This document shows positions 44,401 through 57,700 of a stretch of DNA of 64,000 nt, piece after piece. The notes below the pieces were generated by a model. The model searched no databases, was not told where the DNA came from, and saw only the letters and a program-made list of their open reading frames with translations. Made by a program: the position numbers and the translations under genes. The DNA comes from Azolla caroliniana (taxonomy: Eukaryota; Plantae; Polypodiophyta): the NCBI GenBank assembly GCA_043228905.1, contig JBHGNT010000056.1, positions 1 to 64,000 of the forward strand, in the 5' to 3' direction. How positions within the stretch are numbered: position 1 is the first letter of the stretch; each line of letters begins with the position of its first letter.

Positions 44401-45736
44401 AAAATCTCGATTTTTTAATTCTATATCATAGCTAGCCTTGTTAGCTTCGATTCGCATGTTTGAACACAGAAATCCGATATCACACGAGCCAGGTATGACC
44501 ATTTTAATTTACTCACTCGCTCTTCTCAACTCCCTCCTCCAGCATGCTAATTTCCTCATGTCTTTCGACGTCAGTTTCGAAATCACGATTTTTTAAGTCT
44601 ATATCATAGCTAGCCTTGTTAGTTTCGATTCGCATGTTTGAACACAGAAATCTGATATCACACGAGCCAGGTATGACCATTTTAATTTACTCACACGCTC
44701 TTCTCAACTCCCTCCTCAAATATGCTAATTTCTTCATGTCTCTCGACCTGAGTTTCAAAATCTCGATTTTTTAATTCTATATCATAGCTAGCCTTGTTAG
44801 CTTCGATTCGCATGTTTGAACACAGAAATCCGATATCACACGAGCCAGGTATGACCATTTTAATTTACACACACGCTCTTCTCAACTCCCTCCTCAAATA
44901 TGCTAATTTCTTCATGTCTCTCGACCTGAGTTTCAACATCTCGATTTTTTAATTCTATATCATAGCTAGCCTTGTTAGCTTCGATTCGCATGTTTGAACA
45001 CAGAAATCCGATATCACACGAGCCAGGTATGACCATTTTAATTTACTCACTCGCTCTTCTCAACTTCCTCCTCCAACATGCTAATTTCCTCATGTCTTTC
45101 GACGTCAGTTTCAAAATCTTGATTTTTTAATTCTATATCATAGCAAGCCTTGTTAGTTTCGATTCGCATGTTTGAACACAGAAATCCGATATCACACGAG
45201 CCAGGTATGACCATTTTAATTTACTCACACGCTCTTCTCAACTCCCTCCTCAAATATGCTAATTTCTTCTTGTCTCTCGACCTGAGATTCAAAATCTCGA
45301 TTTTTTAATTCTATATCATAGCTAGCCTTGTTAGCTTCGATTCGCATGTTTGAACACAGAAATCCGATATCACACGAGCCAGGTATGACCATTTTAATTT
45401 ACTCACTCGCTCTTCTCAACTCCCTCCTCAAATATGCTAATTTCCTCATGTCTCTCGACCTGAGTTTCAAAATCTCGATTTTTTAATTCTATATCATAGC
45501 TAGCCTTGTTAGTTTCGATTCGCATGTTTGAACACAGAAATCCGATATCACACGAGCCAGGTATGACCATTTTAATTTACTCACTCGCTCTTCTCAACTC
45601 CTTCCTCCAACATGCTAATTTCCTCATGTCTTTCGACTTCAGTTTCAAAAACTTGATTTTTTAATTTTATATCATAGCTATCCTTGTTAGCTTCGATTTG
45701 CATGTTTGAACACAGAAATCCGATATCACACGAGCC
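41467..45736. repeat. 12-mer tandem duplication (2135 bp)
   Basis: GATTTCACATGAG at 41986/44121, the deletion at 42255/44390, and the AAATCTGATA and CTTCTTGTC variants all recur at +2135 (12x178-1). Confidence 0.9.
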
Positions 45737-48700
45737 AGGTATGACCATTTTAATTTACTCACTGGCTCTTCTCAACTCCCTCCTCAAATATGCTAGTTTC
45801 CTCATGTCTCTCGACCTGAGTTTCAAAATCACGATTTTTTAATTCTATATCATAGCTAGCCTTGTTAGTTTCGATTCGCATGTTTGAACACAGAAATCCG
45901 ATATCACACGAGCCACGTATGACCATTTTAATTTACTCACTCGCTCTTCTCAACTCCCTCCTCAAATATGCTAATTTCTTCATGTCTCTCGACCTGAGTT
46001 TCAAAATCTCGATTTTTTTATTCTATATCATAGCTAGCCTTGTTAGTTTCGATTCGCATGTTTGAACACAGAAATCCGATATCACACGAGCCAGGTATGA
46101 CCATTTTAATTTACTCACACGCTCTTCTCAACTCCCTCCTCAAATATGCTAATTTCTTCATGTCTCTCGACCTGAGTTTCAAAATCTCGATTTTTTAATT
46201 CTATATCATAGCTAGCCTTGTTAGCTTCGATTTGCATGTTTGAACACAGAAATCCGATATCACACGAGCCAGGTATGACCATTTTAATTTACTCACACGC
46301 TCTTCTCAACTCCCTCCTCAAATATGCTAATTTCTTCATGTCTCTTGACCTGAGTTTCAAAATCTCGATTTTTTAATTCTATATCATAGCTAGCCTTGTT
46401 AGCTTCGATTTGCATGTTTGAACACAGAAATCCGATATCACACGAGCCAGGTATGACCATTTTAATTTACTCACTCGCTCTTCTCAACTCCCTCCTCAAA
46501 TATGCTAATTTCCTCAATTCTCTCGACCTGAGTTTCAAAATCTCGATTTTTTAATTCTATATCATAGCTAGCCTTGTTAGTTTCGATTCGCATGTTTGAA
46601 CACAGAAATCCGATATCACACGAGCCAGGTATGACCATTTTAATTTACTCACTGGCTCTTCTCAACTCCCTCCTCAAATATGCTAATTTCTTCATGTCTC
46701 TCGACCTGAGTTTCAAAATCTCGATTTTTTTATTCAATATCATAGCTAGCCTTGTTAGTTTCGATTCGCATGTTTGAACACTGAAATCCGATATCACACG
46801 AGCCAGGTATGACCATTTTAATTTACTCACACGCTCTTCTCAACTCCCTCCTCAAATATGCTAATTTCTTCATGTCTCTCGACCTAAGTTTCAAAATCTC
46901 GATTTTTTAATTCTATATCATAGCTAGCCTTGTTAGCTTCGATTCGCATGTTTGAACACAGAAATCCGATATCACACGAGCCAGGTATGACCATTTTAAT
47001 TTACACACACGCTCTTCTCAACTCCCTCCTCAAATATGCTAATTTCTTCATGTCTCTCGACCTGAGTTTCAAAATCTCGATTTTTTAATTCTATATCATA
47101 GCTAGCCTTGTTAGTTTCGATTCGCATGTTTGAACACAGAAATCCGATATCACACGAGCCAGGTATGACCATTTTAATTTACTCACTCGCTCTTCTCAAC
47201 TCCCTCCTCAAATATGCTAATTTCCTCATGTCTCTCGACCTGAGTTTCAAAATCTCGATTTTTTAATTCTATATCATAGCTAGCCTTGTTAGTTTCGATT
47301 CGCATGTTTGAACACAGAAATCCGATATCACACGAGCCAGGTATGACCATTTTAATTTACTCACTCGCTCTTCTCAACTCCTTCCTCCAACATGCTAATT
47401 TCCTCATGTCTTTCGACTTCAGTTTCAAAAACTTGATTTTTTAATTTTATATCATAGCTATCCTTGTTAGCTTCGATTTGCATGTTTGAACACAGAAATC
47501 CGATATCACACGAGCCAGGTATGACCATTTTAATTTACTCACTGGCTCTTCTCAACTCCCTCCTCAAATATGCTAGTTTCCTCATGTCTCTCGACCTGAG
47601 TTTCAAAATCACGATTTTTTAATTCTATATCATAGCTAGCCTTGTTAGTTTCGATTCGCATGTTTGAACACAGAAATCCGATATCACACGAGCCACGTAT
47701 GACCATTTTAATTTACTCACACGCTCTTCTCAACTCCCTCCTCAAATATGCTAATTTCTTCATGTCTCTCGACCTGAGTTTCAAAATCTCGATTTTTTTA
47801 TTCTATATCATAGCTAGCCTTGTTAGTTTCGATTCGCATGTTTGAACACAGAAATCCGATATCACACGAGCCAGGTATGACCATTTTAATTTACTCACAC
47901 GCTCTTCTCAACTCCCTCCTCAAATATGCTAATTTCTTCATGTCTCTCGACCTGAGTTTCAAAATCTCGATTTTTTAATTCTATATCATAGCTAGCCTTG
48001 TTAGCTTCGATTTGCATGTTTGAACACAGAAATCCGATATCACACGAGCCAGGTATGACCATTTTAATTTACTCACACGCTCTTCTCAACTCCCTCCTCA
48101 AATATGCTAATTTCTTCATGTCTCTTGACCTGAGTTTCAAAATCTCGATTTTTTAATTCTATATCATAGCTAGCCTTGTTAGCTTCGATTTGCATGTTTG
48201 AACACAGAAATCCGATATCACACGAGCCAGGTATGACCATTTTAATTTACTCACTGGCTCTTCTCAACTCCCTCCTCAAATATGCTAATTTCCTCAATTC
48301 TCTCGACCTGAGTTTCAAAATCTCGATTTTTTAATTCTATATCATAGCTAGCCTTGTTAGTTTCGATTCGCATGTTTGAACACAGAAATCCGATATCACA
48401 CGAGCCAGGTATGACCATTTTAATTTACTCACTGGCTCTTCTCAACTCCCTCCTCAAATATGCTAATTTCTTCATGTCTCTCGACCTGAGTTTCAAAATC
48501 TCGATTTTTTTATTCAATATCATAGCTAGCCTTGTTAGTTTCGATTCGCATGTTTGAACACTGAAATCCGATATCACACGAGCCAGGTATGACCATTTTA
48601 ATTTACTCACACGCTCTTCTCAACTCCCTCCTCAAATATGCTAATTTCTTCATGTCTCTCGACCTAAGTTTCAAAATCTCGATTTTTTAATTCTATATCA

Positions 48701-51700
48701 TAGCTAGCCTTGTTAGCTTCGATTCGCATGTTTGAACACAGAAATCCGATATCACACGAGCCAGGTATGACCATTTTAATTTACACACACGCTCTTCTCA
48801 ACTCCCTCCTCAAATATGCTAATTTCCTCATGTCTCTCGACCTGAGTTTCAAAATCTCGATTTTTTAATTCTATATCATAGCTAGCCTTGTTAGTTTCGA
48901 TTCGCATGTTTGAACACAGAAATCCGATATCACACGAGCCAGGTATGACCATTTTAATTTACTCACACGCTCTTCTCAACTCCCTCCTCAAATATGCTAA
49001 TTTCTTCATGTCTCTCGACCTAAGTTTCAAAATCTCGATTTTTTAATTCTATATCATAGCTAGCCTTGTTAGCTTCGATTCGCATGTTTTAACACAGAAA
49101 TCCGATATCACACGAGCCAGGTATGACCATTTTAATTTACACACACGCTCTTCTCAACTCCCTCCTCAAATATGCTAATTTCTTCATGTCTCTCGACCTG
49201 AGTTTCAAAATCTCGATTTTTTAATTCTATATCATAGCTACCTTGTTAGTTTCGATTCGCATGTTTGAACACAGAAATCCGATATCACACGAGCCAGGTA
49301 TGACCATTTTAATTTACTCACACGCTCTTCTCAACTCCCTCCTCAAATATGCTAATTTCTTCATGTCTCTCGACCTGAGTTTCAAAATCTCGATTTTTTA
49401 ATTCTATATCATAGCTAGCCTTGTTAGCTTCGATTTGCATGTTTGAACACAGAAATCCGATATCACACGAGCCAGGTATGACCATTTTAATTTACTCACT
49501 CGCTCTTCTCAACTCCCTCCTCCAGCATGCTAATTTCCTCATGTCTTTCGACGTCAGTTTCGAAATCACGATTTTTTAAGTCTATATCATAGCTAGCCTT
49601 GTTAGTTTCGATTCGCATGTTTTAACACAGAAATCCGATATCACACGAGCCAGGTATGACCATTTTAATTTACTCACACGCTCTTCTCAACTCCCTCCTC
49701 AAATATGCTAATTTCTTCATGTCTCTCGACCTAAGTTTCAAAATCTCGATTTTTTAATTCTATATCATAGCTAGCCTTGTTAGCTTCGATTCGCATGTTT
49801 GAACACAGAAATCCGATATCACACGAGCCAGGTATGACCATTTTAATTTACACACACGCTCTTCTCAACTCCCTCCTCAAATATGCTAATTTCTTCATGT
49901 CTCTCGACCTGAGTTTCAAAATCTCGATTTTTTAATTCTATATCATAGCTAGCCTTGTTAGTTTCGATTTGCATGTTTGAACACAGAAATCCGATATCAC
50001 ACGAGCCAGGTATGACCATTTTAATTTACTCACTCGCTCTTCTCAACTCCCTCCTCAAATATGCTAATTTCCTCATGTCTTTCGACGTCAGTTTCGAAAT
50101 CACGATTTTTTAAGTCTATATCATAGCTAGCCTTGTTAGTTTCGATTCGCATGTTTGAACACAGAAATCCGATATCACACGAGCCAGGTATGACCATTTT
50201 AATTTACTCACTGACTCTTCTCAACTCCCTCCTCAAATATGCTAATTTCCTCATGTCTCTCGACCTGAGTTTCAAAATCTCGATTTTTTAATTCTATATC
50301 ATAGCTAGCCTTGTTAGTTTCGATTCGCATGTTTGAACACAGAAATCCGATATCACACGAGCCAGGTATGACCATTTTAATTTACTCACTCGCTCTTCTC
50401 AACTCCCTCCTCAAATATGCTAATTTCTTCATGTCTCTCGACCTGAGTTTCAAAATCTCGATTTTTTAATTCTATATCATAGCTAGCCGTGTTAGCTTCG
50501 ATTTGCATGTTTGAACACAGAAATCCGATATCACACGAGCCAGGTATGACCAATTTAATTTACTCACTGGCTCTTCTCAACTCCCTCCTCAAATATGCTA
50601 ATTTCCTCATGTCTCTCACCTGAGTTTCGAAATCTCGATTTTTTAATTCTATATCATAGCTAGCCTTGTTAGTTTCGATTCGCATGTTTGAACACAGAAA
50701 TCCGATATCACACGAGCCAGGTATGACCATTTTAATTTACTCACACGCTCTTCTCAACTCCCTCCTCAAATATGCTAATTTCTTCATGTCTCTCGACCTG
50801 AGTTTCAAAATCTCGATTTTTTAATTCTATATCATAGCTAGCCTTGTTAGCTTCGATTCGCATGTTTGAACACAGAAATCCGATATCACACGAGCCAGGT
50901 ATTACCATTTTAATTTACACACACGCTCTTCTCAACTCCCTCCTCACATATGCTAATTTCTTCATGTCTCTCGACCTGAGTTTCAAAATCTCGATTTTTT
51001 AATTCTATATCATAGCTAGCCTTGTTAGCTTCGATTTGCATGTTTGAACACAGAAATCCGATATCACACGAGCCAGGTATGACCATTTTAATTTACTCAC
51101 TGACTGTTCTCAACTCCCTCCTCAAATATGCTAATTTCCTCATGTCTCTCGACCTGAGTTTCAAACTCACGATTTTTTAATTCTATATCATAGCTAGCCT
51201 TGTTAGCTTCGATTCGCATGTTTGAACACAGAAATCCGATATCACACGAGCCAGGTATGACCATTTTAATTTACTCACTGGCTCTTCTCAACTCCCTCCT
51301 CAAATATGCTAATTTCCTCATGTCTCTCGACCTGAGTTTCAAAATCACGATTTTTTAATTCTATATCATAGCTAGCCTTGTTAGTTTCGATTCGCATGTT
51401 TGAACACAGAAATCCGATATCACACGAGCCAGGTATGACCATTTTAATTTACTCACTCGCTCTTCTCAACTCCCTCCTCCAGCATGCTAATTTCCTCATG
51501 TCTTTCGACGTCAGTTTCGAAATCACGATTTTTTAAGTCTATATCATAGCTAGCCTTGTTAGTTTCGATTCGCATGTTTGAACACAGAAATCCGATATCA
51601 CACGAGCCCGGTATGACCATTTTAATTTACTCACACGCTCTTCTCAACTCCCTCCTCAAATATGCTAATTTCCTCATGTCTCTCGACCTGAGTTTCAAAA

Positions 51701-54700
51701 TCTCGATTTTTTAATTCTATATCAGAGCTAGCCTTGTTAGCTTCGATTCGCATGTTTGAACACAGAAATCCGATATCACACGAGCCAGGTATGACCATTT
51801 TAATTTACTCACTCGCTCTTCTCAACTCCCTCCTCCAGCATGCTAATTTCCTCATGTCTTTCGACGTCAGTTTCCAAAACTTGATTTTTTAATTTTATAT
51901 CATAGCTATCCTTGTTAGCTTCGATTTGCATGTTTGAATACAGAAATCCGATATCACACGAGCCAGGTATGACCATTTTAATTTACTCACTGGCTCTTCT
52001 CAACTCCCTCCTCAAATATGCTAGTTTCCTCATGTCTCTCGACCTGAGTTTCAAAATCACGATTTTTTAATTCTATATCATAGCTAGCCTTGTTAGTTTC
52101 GATTCGCATGTTTGAACACAGAAATCCGATATCACACGAGCCAGGTATGACCATTTTAATTTACTCACTGGCTCTTCTCAACTCCCTCCTCAAATATGCT
52201 AATTTCCTCATGTCTCTCGACCTGAGTTTCAAAATCTCGATTTGTTAATTCTATATCATAGCTAGCCTTGTTAGTTTCGATTCGCATGTTTGAACACAGA
52301 AATCCGATATCACACGAGCCAGGTATGACCATTTTAATTTACTCACTCGCTCTTCTCAACTCCTTCCTCCAACATGCTAATTTCCTCATGTCTTTCGACT
52401 TCAGTTTCAAAAACTTGATTTTTTAATTTTATATCATAGCTATCCTTGTTAGCTTCGATTCGCATGTTTGAACACAGAAATCCGATATCACACGAGCCAG
52501 GTATGACCATTTTAATTTACACACACGCTCTTCTCAACTCCCTCCTCAAATATGCTAATTTCTTCATGTCTCTCGACCTGAGTTTCAAAATCTCGATTTT
52601 TTAATTCTATATCATAGCTAGCCTTGTTAGTTTCGATTCGCATGTTTGAACACAGAAATCCGATATCACACGAGCCAGGTATGACCATTTTAATTTACTC
52701 ACACGCTCTTCTCAACTCCCTCCTCAAATATGCTAATTTCTTCATGTCTCTCGACCTAAGTTTCAAAATCTCGATTTTTTAATTCTATATCATAGCTAGC
52801 CTTGTTAGCTTCGATTCGCATGTTTGAACACAGAAATCCGATATCACAGGAGCCACGTATGACCATTTTAATTTACACACACGCTCTTCTCAACTCCCTC
52901 CTCAAATATGCTAATTTCTTCATGTCTCTCGACCTGAGTTTCAAAATCTCGATTTTTTAATTCTATATCATAGCTAGCCTTGTTAGTTTCGATTCGCATG
53001 TTTGAACACAGAAATCCGATTTCACATGAGCCAGGTATGACCATTTTAATTTACTCACACGCTCTTCTCAACTCCCTCCTCAAATATGCTAATTTCTTCA
53101 TGTCTCTCGACCTAAGTTTCAAAATCTCGATTTTTTAATTCTATATCATAGCTAGCCTTGTTAGCTTCGATTTGCATGTTTGAACACAGAAATCCGATAT
53201 CACACGAGCCAGGTATGACCATTTTAATTTACTCACTGACTCTTCTCAACTCCCTCATCAAATATGCTAATTTCCTCATGTCTCTCACCTGAGTTTCAAA
53301 ATCTCGATTTTTTAATTCTATATCATAGCTAGCCTTGTTAGCTTCGATTCGCATGTTTGAACACAGAAATCCGATATCACACGAGCCAGGTATGACCATT
53401 TTAATTTACTCACTCGCTCTTCTCAACTCCCTCCTCCAGCATGCTAATTTCCTCATGTCTTTCGACGTCAGTTTCGAAATCACGATTTTTTAAGTCTATA
53501 TCATAGCTAGCCTTGTTAGTTTCGATTCGCATGTTTGAACACAGAAATCTGATATCACACGAGCCAGGTATGACCATTTTAATTTACTCACACGCTCTTC
53601 TCAACTCCCTCCTCAAATATGCTAATTTCTTCATGTCTCTCGACCTGAGTTTCAAAATCTCGATTTTTTAATTCTATATCATAGCTAGCCTTGTTAGCTT
53701 CGATTCGCATGTTTGAACACAGAAATCCGATATCACACGAGCCAGGTATGACCATTTTAATTTACACACACGCTCTTCTCAACTCCCTCCTCAAATATGC
53801 TAATTTCTTCATGTCTCTCGACCTGAGTTTCAACATCTCGATTTTTTAATTCTATATCATAGCTAGCCTTGTTAGCTTCGATTCGCATGTTTGAACACAG
53901 AAATCCGATATCACACGAGCCAGGTATGACCATTTTAATTTACTCACTCGCTCTTCTCAACTTCCTCCTCCAACATGCTAATTTCCTCATGTCTTTCGAC
54001 GTCAGTTTCAAAATCTTGATTTTTTAATTCTATATCATAGCAAGCCTTGTTAGTTTCGATTCGCATGTTTGAACACAGAAATCCGATATCACACGAGCCA
54101 GGTATGACCATTTTAATTTACTCACACGCTCTTCTCAACTCCCTCCTCAAATATGCTAATTTCTTCTTGTCTCTCGACCTGAGATTCAAAATCTCGATTT
54201 TTTAATTCTATATCATAGCTAGCCTTGTTAGCTTCGATTCGCATGTTTGAACACAGAAATCCGATATCACACGAGCCAGGTATGACCATTTTAATTTACT
54301 CACTCGCTCTTCTCAACTCCCTCCTCAAATATGCTAATTTCCTCATGTCTCTCGACCTGAGTTTCAAAATCTCGATTTTTTAATTCTATATCATAGCTAG
54401 CCTTGTTAGTTTCGATTCGCATGTTTGAACACAGAAATCCGATATCACACGAGCCAGGTATGACCATTTTAATTTACTCACTCGCTCTTCTCAACTCCTT
54501 CCTCCAACATGCTAATTTCCTCATGTCTTTCGACTTCAGTTTCAAAAACTTGATTTTTTAATTTTATATCATAGCTATCCTTGTTAGCTTCGATTTGCAT
54601 GTTTGAACACAGAAATCCGATATCACACGAGCCAGGTATGACCATTTTAATTTACTCACTGGCTCTTCTCAACTCCCTCCTCAAATATGCTAGTTTCCTC

Positions 54701-57700
54701 ATGTCTCTCGACCTGAGTTTCAAAATCACGATTTTTTAATTCTATATCATAGCTAGCCTTGTTAGTTTCGATTCGCATGTTTGAACACAGAAATCCGATA
54801 TCACACGAGCCACGTATGACCATTTTAATTTACTCACTCGCTCTTCTCAACTCCCTCCTCAAATATGCTAATTTCTTCATGTCTCTCGACCTGAGTTTCA
54901 AAATCTCGATTTTTTTATTCTATATCATAGCTAGCCTTGTTAGTTTCGATTCGCATGTTTGAACACAGAAATCCGATATCACACGAGCCAGGTATGACCA
55001 TTTTAATTTACTCACACGCTCTTCTCAACTCCCTCCTCAAATATGCTAATTTCTTCATGTCTCTCGACCTGAGTTTCAAAATCTCGATTTTTTAATTCTA
55101 TATCATAGCTAGCCTTGTTAGCTTCGATTTGCATGTTTGAACACAGAAATCCGATATCACACGAGCCAGGTATGACCATTTTAATTTACTCACACGCTCT
55201 TCTCAACTCCCTCCTCAAATATGCTAATTTCTTCATGTCTCTTGACCTGAGTTTCAAAATCTCGATTTTTTAATTCTATATCATAGCTAGCCTTGTTAGC
55301 TTCGATTTGCATGTTTGAACACAGAAATCCGATATCACACGAGCCAGGTATGACCATTTTAATTTACTCACTCGCTCTTCTCAACTCCCTCCTCAAATAT
55401 GCTAATTTCCTCAATTCTCTCGACCTGAGTTTCAAAATCTCGATTTTTTAATTCTATATCATAGCTAGCCTTGTTAGTTTCGATTCGCATGTTTGAACAC
55501 AGAAATCCGATATCACACGAGCCAGGTATGACCATTTTAATTTACTCACTGGCTCTTCTCAACTCCCTCCTCAAATATGCTAATTTCTTCATGTCTCTCG
55601 ACCTGAGTTTCAAAATCTCGATTTTTTTATTCAATATCATAGCTAGCCTTGTTAGTTTCGATTCGCATGTTTGAACACTGAAATCCGATATCACACGAGC
55701 CAGGTATGACCATTTTAATTTACTCACACGCTCTTCTCAACTCCCTCCTCAAATATGCTAATTTCTTCATGTCTCTCGACCTAAGTTTCAAAATCTCGAT
55801 TTTTTAATTCTATATCATAGCTAGCCTTGTTAGCTTCGATTCGCATGTTTGAACACAGAAATCCGATATCACACGAGCCAGGTATGACCATTTTAATTTA
55901 CACACACGCTCTTCTCAACTCCCTCCTCAAATATGCTAATTTCTTCATGTCTCTCGACCTGAGTTTCAAAATCTCGATTTTTTAATTCTATATCATAGCT
56001 AGCCTTGTTAGTTTCGATTCGCATGTTTGAACACAGAAATCCGATATCACACGAGCCAGGTATGACCATTTTAATTTACTCACTCGCTCTTCTCAACTCC
56101 CTCCTCAAATATGCTAATTTCCTCATGTCTCTCGACCTGAGTTTCAAAATCTCGATTTTTTAATTCTATATCATAGCTAGCCTTGTTAGTTTCGATTCGC
56201 ATGTTTGAACACAGAAATCCGATATCACACGAGCCAGGTATGACCATTTTAATTTACTCACTCGCTCTTCTCAACTCCTTCCTCCAACATGCTAATTTCC
56301 TCATGTCTTTCGACTTCAGTTTCAAAAACTTGATTTTTTAATTTTATATCATAGCTATCCTTGTTAGCTTCGATTTGCATGTTTGAACACAGAAATCCGA
56401 TATCACACGAGCCAGGTATGACAATTTTAATTTACTCACTGGCTCTTCTCAACTCCCTCCTCAAATATGCTAGTTTCCTCATGTCTCTCGACCTGAGTTT
56501 CAAAATCACGATTTTTTAATTCTATATCATAGCTAGCCTTGTTAGTTTCGATTCGCATGTTTGAACACAGAAATCCGATATCACACGAGCCACGTATGAC
56601 CATTTTAATTTACTCACACGCTCTTCTCAACTCCCTCCTCAAATATGCTAATTTCTTCATGTCTCTCGACCTGAGTTTCAAAATCTCGATTTTTTTATTC
56701 TATATCATAGCTAGCCTTGTTAGTTTCGATTCGCATGTTTGAACACAGAAATCCGATATCACACGAGCCAGGTATGACCATTTTAATTTACTCACACGCT
56801 CTTCTCAACTCCCTCCTCAAATATGCTAATTTCTTCATGTCTCTCGACCTGAGTTTCAAAATCTCGATTTTTTAATTCTATATCATAGCTAGCCTTGTTA
56901 GCTTCGATTTGCATGTTTGAACACAGAAATCCGATATCACACGAGCCAGGTATGACCATTTTAATTTACTCACACGCTCTTCTCAACTCCCTCCTCAAAT
57001 ATGCTAATTTCTTCATGTCTCTTGACCTGAGTTTCAAAATCTCGATTTTTTAATTCTATATCATAGCTAGCCTTGTTAGCTTCGATTTGCATGTTTGAAC
57101 ACAGAAATCCGATATCACACGAGCCAGGTATGACCATTTTAATTTACTCACACGCTCTTCTCAACTCCCTCCTCAAATATGCTAATTTCCTCAATTCTCT
57201 CGACCTAAGTTTCAAAATCTCGATTTTTTAATTCTATATCATAGCTAGCCTTGTTAGTTTCGATTCGCATGTTTGAACACAGAAATCCGATATCACACGA
57301 GCCAGGTATGACCATTTTAATTTACTCACTGGCTCTTCTCAACTCCCTCCTCAAATATGCTAATTTCTTCATGTCTCTCGACCTGAGTTTCAAAATCTCG
57401 ATTTTTTTATTCAATATCATAGCTAGCCTTGTTAGTTTCGATTCGCATGTTTGAACACTGAAATCCGATATCACACGAGCCAGGTATGACCATTTTAATT
57501 TACTCACACGCTCTTCTCAACTCCCTCCTCAAATATGCTAATTTCTTCATGTCTCTCGACCTAAGTTTCAAAATCTCGATTTTTTAATTCTATATCATAG
57601 CTAGCCTTGTTAGCTTCGATTCGCATGTTTGAACACAGAAATCCGATATCACACGAGCCAGGTATGACCATTTTAATTTACACACACGCTCTTCTCAACT

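Noticed and set aside
1016-57454. Recurrent 67-aa + strand ORFs (MLxSIRMFEHRNPISHEPG...) and the 91-aa ORF at 1122
   Set aside because: They appear only where a TAA>TTA/TAT-type A>T variant in the T-run removes a stop. The 67-aa ORFs begin at TTG or GTG inside the repeat. Because 178 is not a multiple of 3, the frame cannot persist. There is no recognisable domain, and the hydrophobicity simply reflects T-rich DNA.
12655-57507. Recurrent 61-aa minus-strand Lys/Arg-rich ORFs (MSKLKWSYLA...)
   Set aside because: They are the antisense reading of the same variant monomers, and the basic composition follows from the A/G-rich strand. They are useful only as markers of monomer type.
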